Assembly: GCA_902768795.1 (NCBI GenBank)
Contig: CACXMS010000004.1
Location: 109,479-173,478 of the forward strand
Length of the DNA: 64,000 nucleotides
Direction of reading: 5' to 3'
DNA from: an uncultured Eubacteriales bacterium
GTDB lineage: Bacteria > Bacillota > Clostridia > Christensenellales > CAG-138
Positions 55,427 to 63,726 of the stretch are shown in pieces. Under the pieces are notes generated by a model. That model saw nothing but the letters and a program-made list of their open reading frames with translations, had not been told where the DNA came from and searched no databases. Made by a program: the position numbers and the translations under genes. Numbering within the stretch: the first letter of the stretch is position 1; each line of letters opens with the position of its first letter.

Positions 55427-56326
55427 ACAGTCTGAGCCGTTTCGGAGCCGCTGCTCGATCGCCGCGGTCTCCCGGATTCCTTTCAGCTTTCTCGTCGCGT
55501 GGACGATCATCCAGAGCGCGATCCCGGTGACCGCCGCCGATACCGCGATGCCGAAGCCGCGGTTCATGTTCTGCCGGAACAGCTCGTCGGTGCCGAAATG
55601 CCGCAGCATCGTGTTCTGCAGAATGAAGATCGACATCAGCGCCGCCGACAGGTTCAGAAGCTTTGACGCCGACAGCAGCGGACGGTCGCTTTTCCGGAAC
55701 TTGACAAGCTGCAGGATCGCCGCCGTCAGGCGATAAAACGCCCAGAGCCCCGAAACATACATGACCGCCGAGAGTGAAACGCGGTCCGCGCCGCTTTGCA
55801 GCGACTGCAGGATCACGAACGTCATGGAAACGTCGAGCACCAGAAGCTGCCAGCCGCAGCTCCGGTACTTTTGCCACGCCTTCTGCGCGCCGCCGCGCCG
55901 GCCGGAAATCGTGCCGAACACGAGCAGGATGCGGATCAGCGACAGCACAAGGTAATAAAACGCTTCGGCGGCAAACAGCAGCGTGCGGTACCGCGCCGCG
56001 GCGAACAGCTTGAACACCGCGTACGCGAGGTTGATCAGCGTGCCGATCCCGAGCGTCACCTCCGAGCGCAGCTCCGCCGCGTCCAGGTACGTTTCGCTGT
56101 ACGTCAGTCCCTTTTGCGCGCGCCGCCGCATCCGCAGCAGGCGCGGAATCATCAGAAGCAGCATCAGCGCCAGTCCTCCGCCGACCGCATAGCTGACGAC
56201 CAGCATCGGCTGCGGCGAAGCGTCGATCGCGTTCGACAGCGCGATCAGCAGCAGATACAGCGGCCCGCCGATCAGAACGGCCAGCGTCAGCAGCACCAGA
56301 ATAAAACGGATCAAAAGCGGGCGCAT
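55424..56326 (-). CDS. multi-pass membrane protein (function unknown)
   Basis: 300 aa, about 8 hydrophobic segments. Confidence 0.5.
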   Translation of the reverse strand: MRPLLIRFILVLLTLAVLIGGPLYLLLIALSNAIDASPQPMLVVSYAVGGGLALMLLLMIPRLLRMRRRAQKGLTYSETYLDAAELRSEVTLGIGTLINLAYAVFKLFAAARYRTLLFAAEAFYYLVLSLIRILLVFGTISGRRGGAQKAWQKYRSCGWQLLVLDVSMTFVILQSLQSGADRVSLSAVMYVSGLWAFYRLTAAILQLVKFRKSDRPLLSASKLLNLSAALMSIFILQNTMLRHFGTDELFRQNMNRGFGIAVSAAVTGIALWMIVHATRKLKGIRETAAIEQRLRNGSDC

Positions 56327-56390
56327 CCGGCTTCTCCTTCCGACAAGATGCCGTTATTGTACCATACGCCCGCCCGGACGGTCAAGCGTT

Positions 56391-57257
56391 TCAGATCGTT
56401 CCGGTCACAACGACGGTCGTAACGCCCGGAACAAACGAAACCGCGCCGGTCGCCGGATCCTGCGTGTAGGTCGCGGCGGGAACGGTCAGCGCCGTTGCGG
56501 CGCCTTCCGCCGGCAGCGTGAGCACGTTGTTTTCAAACGTGAAGTCCGTTTCGGGTACGGCGACGCCGTCGACCGTGACGGCAAGGTCATTCAGCGGCGT
56601 CATAAACGCGTCGGTCAGGACGAGATCGACGGCTTCGGTGTTGCCGGTATTTGTGACGGTAAACGTATTCACAAGCGCGGCGCCGTCGGCGACCGGGTTC
56701 GGACTCATTTCCTTTTCGATCGTGACGGCGGCATACGCCTCCGCCGGAATCGTGTGCGACGCGGCGATCGGCTCGGCGCCGACAGCGGGCGTGAACGATG
56801 CGGTGTTGGTAATCTCGCTGCCCGCAAGCATCGGCGCGTATTCGTTCGGCTCGGCCTTGTAGAGGATCGTCGCATTCGATCCGGGCGCGATCGCCGGGAT
56901 CGTAAACGTCACGCTGCCCTCCGTAATCGCCGGCGTCAGTTCGGCGGAAAACACGCCGTCGAGGTACAGCTGCGCCGGGCCGATATAGGTCAGCGGCGTC
57001 GCCTGCGCGCCGGTCTGCGGCGCGTACGTGCCGAGATCGTCCTCGATCGTCACGTTCGAAAGCGCGGTCGAAGAACCGTTCGTCACCGTGATGACGTACG
57101 TGATCGGTTCGCCGCCGCGGTAGGCCGTCTCGAGCGAAGATTTTGTTACGGTCAGCGGATCGTTCAGCACGGTGCTCGCAAGGTTCGAAGCAACGGTCTC
57201 GGTCACGGCGCCGTACGTGTAGCGAAGATTCGCGCGGTTGGTAATGGTGGTTGCCAT
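56391..57257 (-). CDS. DUF11/conserved-repeat-domain protein without signal peptide
   Basis: Two repeats of the L(T/V)(V/I).K.......G..(I/V).(Y/F).(I/V)TV.N.G...(L/V)..V...D pattern. The N-terminus MATTITNRANLRYTYG has no hydrophobic signal. RBS AAAGGAGA. Confidence 0.55.
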   Translation of the reverse strand: MATTITNRANLRYTYGAVTETVASNLASTVLNDPLTVTKSSLETAYRGGEPITYVITVTNGSSTALSNVTIEDDLGTYAPQTGAQATPLTYIGPAQLYLDGVFSAELTPAITEGSVTFTIPAIAPGSNATILYKAEPNEYAPMLAGSEITNTASFTPAVGAEPIAASHTIPAEAYAAVTIEKEMSPNPVADGAALVNTFTVTNTGNTEAVDLVLTDAFMTPLNDLAVTVDGVAVPETDFTFENNVLTLPAEGAATALTVPAATYTQDPATGAVSFVPGVTTVVVTGTI

Positions 57258-57370
57258 AGTGGTCTCCTTTCGCGGACGCTTCGGGCGTCCCTACCACTAC
57301 TATATGCGCCGCGAAAACAGGCCGTGAAAGCTGCTTTATGCATGACGCCTGCATTTTGAGAACGATCTCC

Positions 57371-57402
57371 AAAAAACGCTGTCGCGCGGCCGGAGCCGCG
57401 CG
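57371..57402 (-). terminator. Rho-independent terminator closing the radical SAM operon
   Basis: Minus-strand reading CGCGCGGCTCCGGCCGCGCG-ACAGCGTTTTTT, 15 nt after the stop of the last radical SAM gene. Confidence 0.7.
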
Positions 57403-57416
57403 ATGCATTCATTTAT

Positions 57417-58742
57417 TTAAGCGTTGTCGTTTGCCAATGCGTTCCGCATGCCGAGCGAAAGGTTCATCGCATGCATTTCGCGGCAGCCGTAATCGGAAAC
57501 CGAGCAGCCGGAAAACGGCGTGCAGAGCGGCAGGTAGGGGCAGTTTCTGCATTTTTCCTGCCCGCTGTCGATCCTGCCCATGGCGTCCCAGCGTTCCCGG
57601 TCGGTAACACCGTCCCAGATGTTTCCGAACGACTTGTCTTCCTCGCAGTGCTCGCAGGCATACAGCTTTCCGTCCGGCGCAATCACGATTTCCCGGCCCC
57701 TTCCGTCCGCCATGCAGCCGTATAATTTCATACGGTCCGGGAAACCGTCAAAGTTCGGGGGAAATCCGGATTGCAGCAGATACCTGTCCGCTTCGATGAT
57801 TTTCTGATGCAGCTCCGCTTCCCGATCGGACATGCGCGAGGCAAAGAGCTGCGGAAACGCGATCCGCACTTTTTCCTTATCGGGAATCATACGCGCCGCG
57901 TCCGCAACAAAATCCGGGATCCGGTCCGCGTTTTCCGAATCGACGTTGCACCCGAGCAAAACCTGAATCCCGTTTTTCGCCAGGATTTCCGCATTTTTCA
58001 GAATATCGAAATACTGATTGCCGTAAACCGGGTACTGCTTCCGGCTCCGGTAAACCGCTTCGTCTCCCTCCATCGAAATCTGGACATGGTAGGTTTTCCA
58101 CAAACCGAGCATCTTTGAAAGGACGGAATCGTCGATCAGACTGCCGTTCGTGACGATCGAGGAACGGAAATCCACGCCTTCTTCCGTCAGCCGCCGCGAA
58201 ATCGCGTCGATGATCTGCGGGCGGGTCAGCGGTTCGCCGCCGAACCAGGAGAGCGTGATTTTGACCCGGTCCCGTTTCGTATCCAAAATGAAACGAACGG
58301 CCTGCTTTGCGGTTTCCTCCGACATCGAAACGATCCGATAGCCCTGCTCAAAGCAATAGACGCAGCGCGCGTTGCATCCGGTGGTCGGAAGGATCGTGTA
58401 CTTGAAATACCCTTCCTTTTCGTCCCTTTTCCGGAGCAGAAACAGGGTGCTCCGGTAAAACGCTTCGTCCTGAAAATCGACCGGCACCAAAAAATAGCGC
58501 TGCATCAGCCAAAAAAGCTGCGGGTCTTTTTCCACCGTTTCCGCGGAAAAGACGGAATCGGAAAAGCGTTCGTTCCGCAGAAGAACGCATTGCGTCGTCA
58601 GAGTGTGAAACAGGACCGTATTTCCGTCCTTTTCTTCCCAAACGCAATAGATCGACCGGCGGTACGAAGCCGACGGTTTGAGTTTCTGCTCTCCGATCAG
58701 GGACCGGAACGCGCTGTCTTGCTTTTGAATTTCTTTTCGCAT
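57417..58742 (-). CDS. radical SAM/SPASM peptide-modifying enzyme, paralog 1 (441 aa)
   Basis: CNARCVYC (CxxxCxxC) about 120 aa from the N-terminus. C-terminal Cys-rich SPASM-like region (CMADG...ACEHC...CRNCPYLPLCTPFSGC). The start overlaps the stop of paralog 2 by 1 nt. Confidence 0.85.
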   Translation of the reverse strand: MRKEIQKQDSAFRSLIGEQKLKPSASYRRSIYCVWEEKDGNTVLFHTLTTQCVLLRNERFSDSVFSAETVEKDPQLFWLMQRYFLVPVDFQDEAFYRSTLFLLRKRDEKEGYFKYTILPTTGCNARCVYCFEQGYRIVSMSEETAKQAVRFILDTKRDRVKITLSWFGGEPLTRPQIIDAISRRLTEEGVDFRSSIVTNGSLIDDSVLSKMLGLWKTYHVQISMEGDEAVYRSRKQYPVYGNQYFDILKNAEILAKNGIQVLLGCNVDSENADRIPDFVADAARMIPDKEKVRIAFPQLFASRMSDREAELHQKIIEADRYLLQSGFPPNFDGFPDRMKLYGCMADGRGREIVIAPDGKLYACEHCEEDKSFGNIWDGVTDRERWDAMGRIDSGQEKCRNCPYLPLCTPFSGCSVSDYGCREMHAMNLSLGMRNALANDNA

Positions 58743-60058
58743 CAGAACTCGTTTTCCTCAATCACTTTTTTAAACCCGCATTCCACCTGATACGCGGGAA
58801 GCACGTCGCATTGGGGATTCTTAAAGGGACAATCCTCAAAAGGCGTGCAAATGGGCAAATAGGCACAGTTTTCGCATTTTTCTTTGATCTTGCCGATTCG
58901 ATTCCGTTCTTTCCATTTTTCGGAATCGGTTATGCCGTTCCTGACATCGCCGAACGAAGTGCCTTCAATGCAATCCGAACAGCCGAAAAGCCTGCCGAGC
59001 GGATCTATGGTGACGCTTTCCGTTGTTCCATCATTCGGGCAGAAGAAAAACGGGACACAAGCAGGAAAATCATCAAATCGATAGGAGAATCCCATCTTAT
59101 GCGCGATATCGGCAAGTTCGAACGCCTTCTTCCAAAGAATTTCTCCGTGCATTTTTCTTTCCTGGAAAAGAGGCGCAAAGTAAACTTTCACTTTGGACGG
59201 TTCTCTGATCGCCTGTTTCAGATCGCCGAGGAACTCTTCCCCCTTGTCAATATTGTCCAAGTCAACATTGCACCTGATCACGGGCTGAATGCCGTTTTGA
59301 GCCAAACCGTTGACCGCTTCCATAACCGAATGATACTCGTCATGGTAATGATAATAATTTCTTCGTTTGATATACTCCTCTTCGGCGCAGTCCATGGAAA
59401 TCTGAACCAATTCAGTCGCCCATTCATGCTTCATTTTCCAAATGATTTTATCGTTGATCAGACTGCCGTTTGTAATCATGCACGAAGAAAAATCAATCTC
59501 CTCGTTTCGTAAACGATCCGAAATCAGATCAATGGCTTTTTCTCCCAAAAGCGGTTCTCCGCCATACCAGAACAACTGAAGTTTTGTGTTCTTCCGAAGG
59601 GTGGCAACGATAAAAGAAGCTGTCGCAAGCGCCGTTTCCTCTGTCATGGTTACTTTCCTCATTCCCTCTTCATAGCAATAAGGACATCTTGCGTTGCAGC
59701 CGCTTGTCGGCAAAATATAATAAATGGGGTATCCTTTCCCTCCCCGAAGCAAGCGAAGCATTTTATATATGCTGTAATAATTCTGACTTTCATTCAAGCT
59801 TTCTTTCACATAAAACCAGTCTTCCGTCAGAATCTTCAGTTCGGGATCCTTTTCGATTTCCGATCCCAAAAGCCGCTTTGGAAGCGACCGCAGGTCCAAC
59901 TGCCGGCATTGGGTTGTCAGGGTATGATACAAATACAAATGCTTCTCCGTTTCTTTCACAACAACGAAGGAGGAAAGCTTATACACAAGATCGACGCACA
60001 GTTTCTGTGCGCCGATTGTCTTCTTGATAACTCTATACGGTCTTTTTAATTCTTTCAT
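58742..60058 (-). CDS. radical SAM/SPASM peptide-modifying enzyme, paralog 2 (438 aa)
   Basis: CNARCPYC. C-terminal CPNDG...GCSDC...CENCAYLPICTPFEDC. Starts 3 nt after the stop of precursor 1. Confidence 0.85.
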   Translation of the reverse strand: MKELKRPYRVIKKTIGAQKLCVDLVYKLSSFVVVKETEKHLYLYHTLTTQCRQLDLRSLPKRLLGSEIEKDPELKILTEDWFYVKESLNESQNYYSIYKMLRLLRGGKGYPIYYILPTSGCNARCPYCYEEGMRKVTMTEETALATASFIVATLRKNTKLQLFWYGGEPLLGEKAIDLISDRLRNEEIDFSSCMITNGSLINDKIIWKMKHEWATELVQISMDCAEEEYIKRRNYYHYHDEYHSVMEAVNGLAQNGIQPVIRCNVDLDNIDKGEEFLGDLKQAIREPSKVKVYFAPLFQERKMHGEILWKKAFELADIAHKMGFSYRFDDFPACVPFFFCPNDGTTESVTIDPLGRLFGCSDCIEGTSFGDVRNGITDSEKWKERNRIGKIKEKCENCAYLPICTPFEDCPFKNPQCDVLPAYQVECGFKKVIEENEF

Positions 60059-60061
60059 AAA

Positions 60062-60217
60062 TCAAGCCGTATGGTACGAACCCGTGCAGGTATAATAAAC
60101 ATTCGCGTTGCAGGGCGTGGGCTCCGGCGTATCGGTCGGGGTCGGCTCGCCGCTTGCGGTAACGACGTCGTTCGCCAGGCTTTCGACGTCCATTTCAGGC
60201 GTGAAATATTTTTCCAT
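60062..60217 (-). CDS. candidate RiPP precursor 1: MEKYFTPEMDVESLANDVVTASGEPTPTDTPEPTPCNANVYYTCTGSYHTA
   Basis: 51 aa from the internal ATG with RBS AAAGGAG. Shares its leader with three other sORFs and lies directly upstream of a radical SAM gene. Confidence 0.75.
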   Translation of the reverse strand: MEKYFTPEMDVESLANDVVTASGEPTPTDTPEPTPCNANVYYTCTGSYHTA

Positions 60218-60277
60218 AAACTCCTTTTTCCCTTTCTTTTTTTCTGTATTCAAAAACAGGGCATTGTTCCGAAGCGA

Positions 60278-60409
60278 TCAATCAAAATAGACGCCGGGGG
60301 TATACGATTTCAACGTGCAGGGCGTGGACTCCGGCGTAACGCCGCTTGCGGTAACGACGTCGTTCGCCAGACTTTCAATGTCCATTTCCGGCGCTGTATA
60401 CTTTTTCAT
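60278..60409 (-). CDS. candidate RiPP precursor 2: MKKYTAPEMDIESLANDVVTASGVTPESTPCTLKSYTPGVYFD
   Basis: 43 aa with the same leader. Promoter-like TTGACA-17-TATGAT lies upstream. The RBS is weak. Confidence 0.65.
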   Translation of the reverse strand: MKKYTAPEMDIESLANDVVTASGVTPESTPCTLKSYTPGVYFD

Positions 60410-60440
60410 AAACGCTTCTGATTTCTCTTTGTTTTTTATT

Positions 60441-60469
60441 ATCATACGCAAAATACAGCTTCCTGTCAA
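60441..60469 (-). promoter_or_regulatory. sigma-70-like promoter (TTGACA-17-TATGAT) upstream of precursor 2
   Basis: Minus-strand TTGACA (60469-60464) and TATGAT (60446-60441) with a 17-nt spacer. Confidence 0.55.
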
Positions 60470-60486
60470 GTCCCGCGTGCTGCCGC

Positions 60487-61821
60487 TCATTTGCTTTCCG
60501 GGGCGGATTCGATCCTTGCGATCAGGTTTTCAAAACCCTGCGTTACGACGCGTCTCGGCTTTTCTTTGCAGTCTTCCTCTTCATGCGGACATCTGGAAAA
60601 CGGCGTACAGAGCGGCAGATAGGGGCAGTCTTGGCATTTTTTCCGGATCTCGCACAGTTCGTTGCTTTTTTTCCAGTTCTCCTGCTCCACGATCCCGTTC
60701 CGGACGTCGCCGTACAGGGCGTTCGGAATGCAGTCATGGCAGCCGTAGAGCTTTCCGTCCTGCGCGACCGTGATTCTGCCGCTTGCTCCGTCGAAAGAGC
60801 AGTAAAAAGGAAGGATATGAGAAGGCAGATCCGAAAATTGTCTCGAGAATCCTTCTTCTTTAACGAGTCTGTCCAGCTCGTAGGTTTTCTCCCAAAGCAA
60901 AGGCGAATCTTCCCGGCCTCTTGTTTCAACCAAAGGCTCAAAATAAACGACGACTTTGGAAGGATCCTTCACTTCCTTTTTCAGATCCCGCAAAAATCCG
61001 GCTCCTTCTTCCACGTTATCCCAATCGACGTTGCAGCGCACATAGGTCGCTATTCCGTTTTCGTTCAACGCATTGACGTTTTTCATGACGGAACAGTATT
61101 CGTCGTGATAGGAATAATAGTTCTTTCTCCGGATGTATTCCGCTTCTCCGGCGTCCATGGAAACCTGAACGGTATGGATGTTCCACCGTTCCTTCATTTT
61201 TTGCAGGATCCGGCTGTTGATCAGACTGCCGTTTGTCAGCATCGTTCCACTAAAAGGAACCTGATGCTCCCGCAGATAATCTGAAATCAGATCAATCTTC
61301 TTTTCTCCCAGCAGCGGTTCTCCGCCGAACCAGAACAGAACGATTGTTTCATTTTTACGATGCGTTTCCGCGATAAACTTTGCTGTCTGCAGGGCGGTCT
61401 CTTCCGTCATGCTTTTATGCTGCATCTCCTCATGGATACAGTACACGCACCTTGCGTTGCATCCGTTGGTCGGATACAAGATATAATTGTAGTATCCGCT
61501 TTTCGATTCAAGCGTTCTTAAAATACGCCAAAACCCGTAATAAAATTCGTTTTCATCTGTCCCTTTTTCGACATAAAACCAATTCTTCACCATCGTTTCC
61601 AGATCCGGCCGACCGGTAAGCTCCTCCGAAGAAACGGATTCTTTGAGAACGGTTTTTTCAAGCTGCAAGCATTGATGCGTAAAGGTATGAAACAGATACA
61701 GATACCTGTCCGATTCCTTTTGAACGGCAAAGCGGGACAGCTGATATTCCTTGCCGGACTGAATCGTCTGCGCGCCGATGATCCTGCCGAACCGGCGGTC
61801 TTGTTTCTTGATTTCTTTCAT
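60487..61821 (-). CDS. radical SAM/SPASM peptide-modifying enzyme, paralog 3 (444 aa from MKEIKKQD)
   Basis: CNARCVYC. C-terminal CSFDG...GCHDC...CQDCPYLPLCTPFSRC. Start chosen by alignment with the paralogs (an upstream in-frame ATG at 61896 is possible). Confidence 0.85.
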   Translation of the reverse strand: MKEIKKQDRRFGRIIGAQTIQSGKEYQLSRFAVQKESDRYLYLFHTFTHQCLQLEKTVLKESVSSEELTGRPDLETMVKNWFYVEKGTDENEFYYGFWRILRTLESKSGYYNYILYPTNGCNARCVYCIHEEMQHKSMTEETALQTAKFIAETHRKNETIVLFWFGGEPLLGEKKIDLISDYLREHQVPFSGTMLTNGSLINSRILQKMKERWNIHTVQVSMDAGEAEYIRRKNYYSYHDEYCSVMKNVNALNENGIATYVRCNVDWDNVEEGAGFLRDLKKEVKDPSKVVVYFEPLVETRGREDSPLLWEKTYELDRLVKEEGFSRQFSDLPSHILPFYCSFDGASGRITVAQDGKLYGCHDCIPNALYGDVRNGIVEQENWKKSNELCEIRKKCQDCPYLPLCTPFSRCPHEEEDCKEKPRRVVTQGFENLIARIESAPESK

Positions 61822-61947
61822 GGATTTTGTCCTTTGCCTTCGATTTCGCAGCGTTTGAATGCGTCGGAAATCCGCCCTGAACCGCTTCAAAAGCATCGGC
61901 GCACAATAATGTGCGCCGAAAACCTTCCGTACAATGTTCTAACGTGA

Positions 61948-62094
61948 TTAATCACTCCATGTGCAAGAATGAACCTGTGTCAACGTGCAGGGCGTGGGTT
62001 CCGGCGTGTCGGTCGGCTCCGGCTCGCCGCTTGCGGTAACGACGTCGTTCGCCAGACTTTCAACGTCCATTTCAGGCGTTAAATACTTTTTCAT
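61948..62094 (-). CDS. candidate RiPP precursor 3: MKKYLTPEMDVESLANDVVTASGEPEPTDTPEPTPCTLTQVHSCTWSD
   Basis: 48 aa, below the ORF-track cutoff, found by manual translation. RBS AAAAGGAG and promoter TTGACA-17-TATTAT upstream. Confidence 0.75.
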   Translation of the reverse strand: MKKYLTPEMDVESLANDVVTASGEPEPTDTPEPTPCTLTQVHSCTWSD

Positions 62095-62123
62095 AAAATG
62101 CTCCTTTTCAATCCTTTTTTAAA

Positions 62124-62152
62124 ATAATATATCGAAAGACATCCTTTGTCAA
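62124..62152 (-). promoter_or_regulatory. sigma-70-like promoter (TTGACA-17-TATTAT) upstream of precursor 3
   Basis: Minus-strand TTGACA (62152-62147) and TATTAT (62129-62124). Confidence 0.6.
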
Positions 62153-62221
62153 GCCCGAATATATGCGCCGGAGCGTTTTTTAACAGTTCGATCGGCAAAT
62201 GTCCGATTCCGGTTCCGTCTT

Positions 62222-63535
62222 CTATTCGTTTTCCGCGATGATGCGCTCAAGCCCCATATCGATCTCGTGCATGGGAAGCGCTTTGCAGTTCGCCTGCACG
62301 TGCGGACATTTGGAGAACGGCGTGCAGAGCGGCAGACAGACGCAGGTTTTGCACTCTTCGCGGATTTCACAAATCTCGTTGTGACTGTTCCACATCTCCT
62401 TGTCGACGACGCCGTTCCAGACGTCTCCGAAAGAGGTCCCTTCGACGCACGCTTCGCATGCGAGCAGGCGGCCCTCCGTATCAATCACAACGCCTTCCTG
62501 GCCGTCGCTCATGCATTTGTAAAGCGTAAAGAAATTGGGCAAATGCTCAAAGCGATTGGCAAACCCCTCTTCGCGTACGACGTGATCCAACCGGAACACA
62601 TTTTTCCAGATGCTGTCCCCGTCCGCGGCTCTCGACTGATGCAGCGGCGCAAAATACAGGGGAACTTTGGACGGCTCGCGGACCGCTTTCTTCAGATCGC
62701 GGATAAACTCCTCCGCGTATGCGATATTGTCCATGTCAACATTGACTCTGACCATAACGCCGACGTCGTTTTGAACCAGTTCGTTGACTTTCTCCATGAT
62801 GGTGAAATATTCGTTGTGATAAGAATAATAATTCTTTCTCCGGATATATTCCTGTTCTCCGCAGTCCATGGAAATCTGAACGAGGTCCATCTTCCAAAGA
62901 TCGTGCATTTTATGAATGATGCGTTCGTTGATCAGACTTCCGTTTGTGATCATATTGGAAAAATAATCAATCTTCTCATTTTGCAGATATTCCGTGATCA
63001 GATCGATCTTTTTTTCTTCAATCAACGGTTCTCCGCCCCACCAGGTCAAACAAATTTTTGCCCCTTTGCGATGGGTGGAAGCGATATATGCGGCGGCTTG
63101 CCTGGCGGTTTCCGCTTTCATGGACCGTTTTTTCATGTCCTCCTCGATGCAGTAAACGCATCTGGCGTTGCATTTGCTGGTCGGATAAATGAGATAGTGG
63201 ACAAATCCCTTTTCCGCCCGGAATGCTCTCAGAATTTTGAATACGCTGAAATACTGCCGGCTCTCGTCGTAATCCTGCTTGACATAGAACCACTCCTCCG
63301 TCAGCTTTTTGAGATCGGGATTGTTTTCAATCTCCTCGGCCGACAGTTGCTCCCGCATCAGATCCCGGTCCGTCTGATAGCATTGTTTTGTCAACGTATG
63401 AAACAGATAGAGATGGTTCTCCGTCTTTTTTGCAACGACAAAGCGGGAGCGGCGATACATAGTATCGGCGCACAATTTTTGTGCGCCGATAAATTTCCAC
63501 ACAAGCGGAACTTTCTCTTGTAATTCCCTCATCAT
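62222..63535 (-). CDS. radical SAM/SPASM peptide-modifying enzyme, paralog 4 (437 aa from MMRELQEK)
   Basis: CNARCVYC. C-terminal CMSDG...ACEAC...CKTCVCLPLCTPFSKC. The ATG lies 1 nt after the precursor 4 stop, and the longer track ORF overlaps the precursor. Confidence 0.85.
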   Translation of the reverse strand: MMRELQEKVPLVWKFIGAQKLCADTMYRRSRFVVAKKTENHLYLFHTLTKQCYQTDRDLMREQLSAEEIENNPDLKKLTEEWFYVKQDYDESRQYFSVFKILRAFRAEKGFVHYLIYPTSKCNARCVYCIEEDMKKRSMKAETARQAAAYIASTHRKGAKICLTWWGGEPLIEEKKIDLITEYLQNEKIDYFSNMITNGSLINERIIHKMHDLWKMDLVQISMDCGEQEYIRRKNYYSYHNEYFTIMEKVNELVQNDVGVMVRVNVDMDNIAYAEEFIRDLKKAVREPSKVPLYFAPLHQSRAADGDSIWKNVFRLDHVVREEGFANRFEHLPNFFTLYKCMSDGQEGVVIDTEGRLLACEACVEGTSFGDVWNGVVDKEMWNSHNEICEIREECKTCVCLPLCTPFSKCPHVQANCKALPMHEIDMGLERIIAENE

Positions 63536-63536
63536 A

Positions 63537-63689
63537 TTATGCGGTATAATATGGGTTGTGACCGTAGACATACGTCATCGTGCAGGGCGTGGGCTCCGGC
63601 GTGTCGGTCGGCTCCGGCTCAGCGCTTGCGGTAACGACGTCGTTCGCCAGACTTTCGATATCAATTTCAGGCGTCAAATATTTCTTCAT
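63537..63689 (-). CDS. candidate RiPP precursor 4: MKKYLTPEIDIESLANDVVTASAEPEPTDTPEPTPCTMTYVYGHNPYYTA
   Basis: 50 aa, below the ORF-track cutoff, found by manual translation. RBS AAAGGAG and promoter TTGACA-17-TAAACT upstream. Confidence 0.75.
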   Translation of the reverse strand: MKKYLTPEIDIESLANDVVTASAEPEPTDTPEPTPCTMTYVYGHNPYYTA

Positions 63690-63726
63690 AAAAATATTAT
63701 ACTCCTTTCGCTCTTTTAGCTCAATG

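Noticed and set aside
60108-60290. Recurrent + strand ORFs beginning MQGVGSGVSVG...AVTTSFARLS (also 60315-60773, about 61985 and 63580-63951)
   Set aside because: They recur only because they are the antisense reading of the conserved precursor leader and linker. They have no RBS and run into non-coding DNA. The minus-strand peptides have RBSs, promoters and coupling to the rSAM genes.
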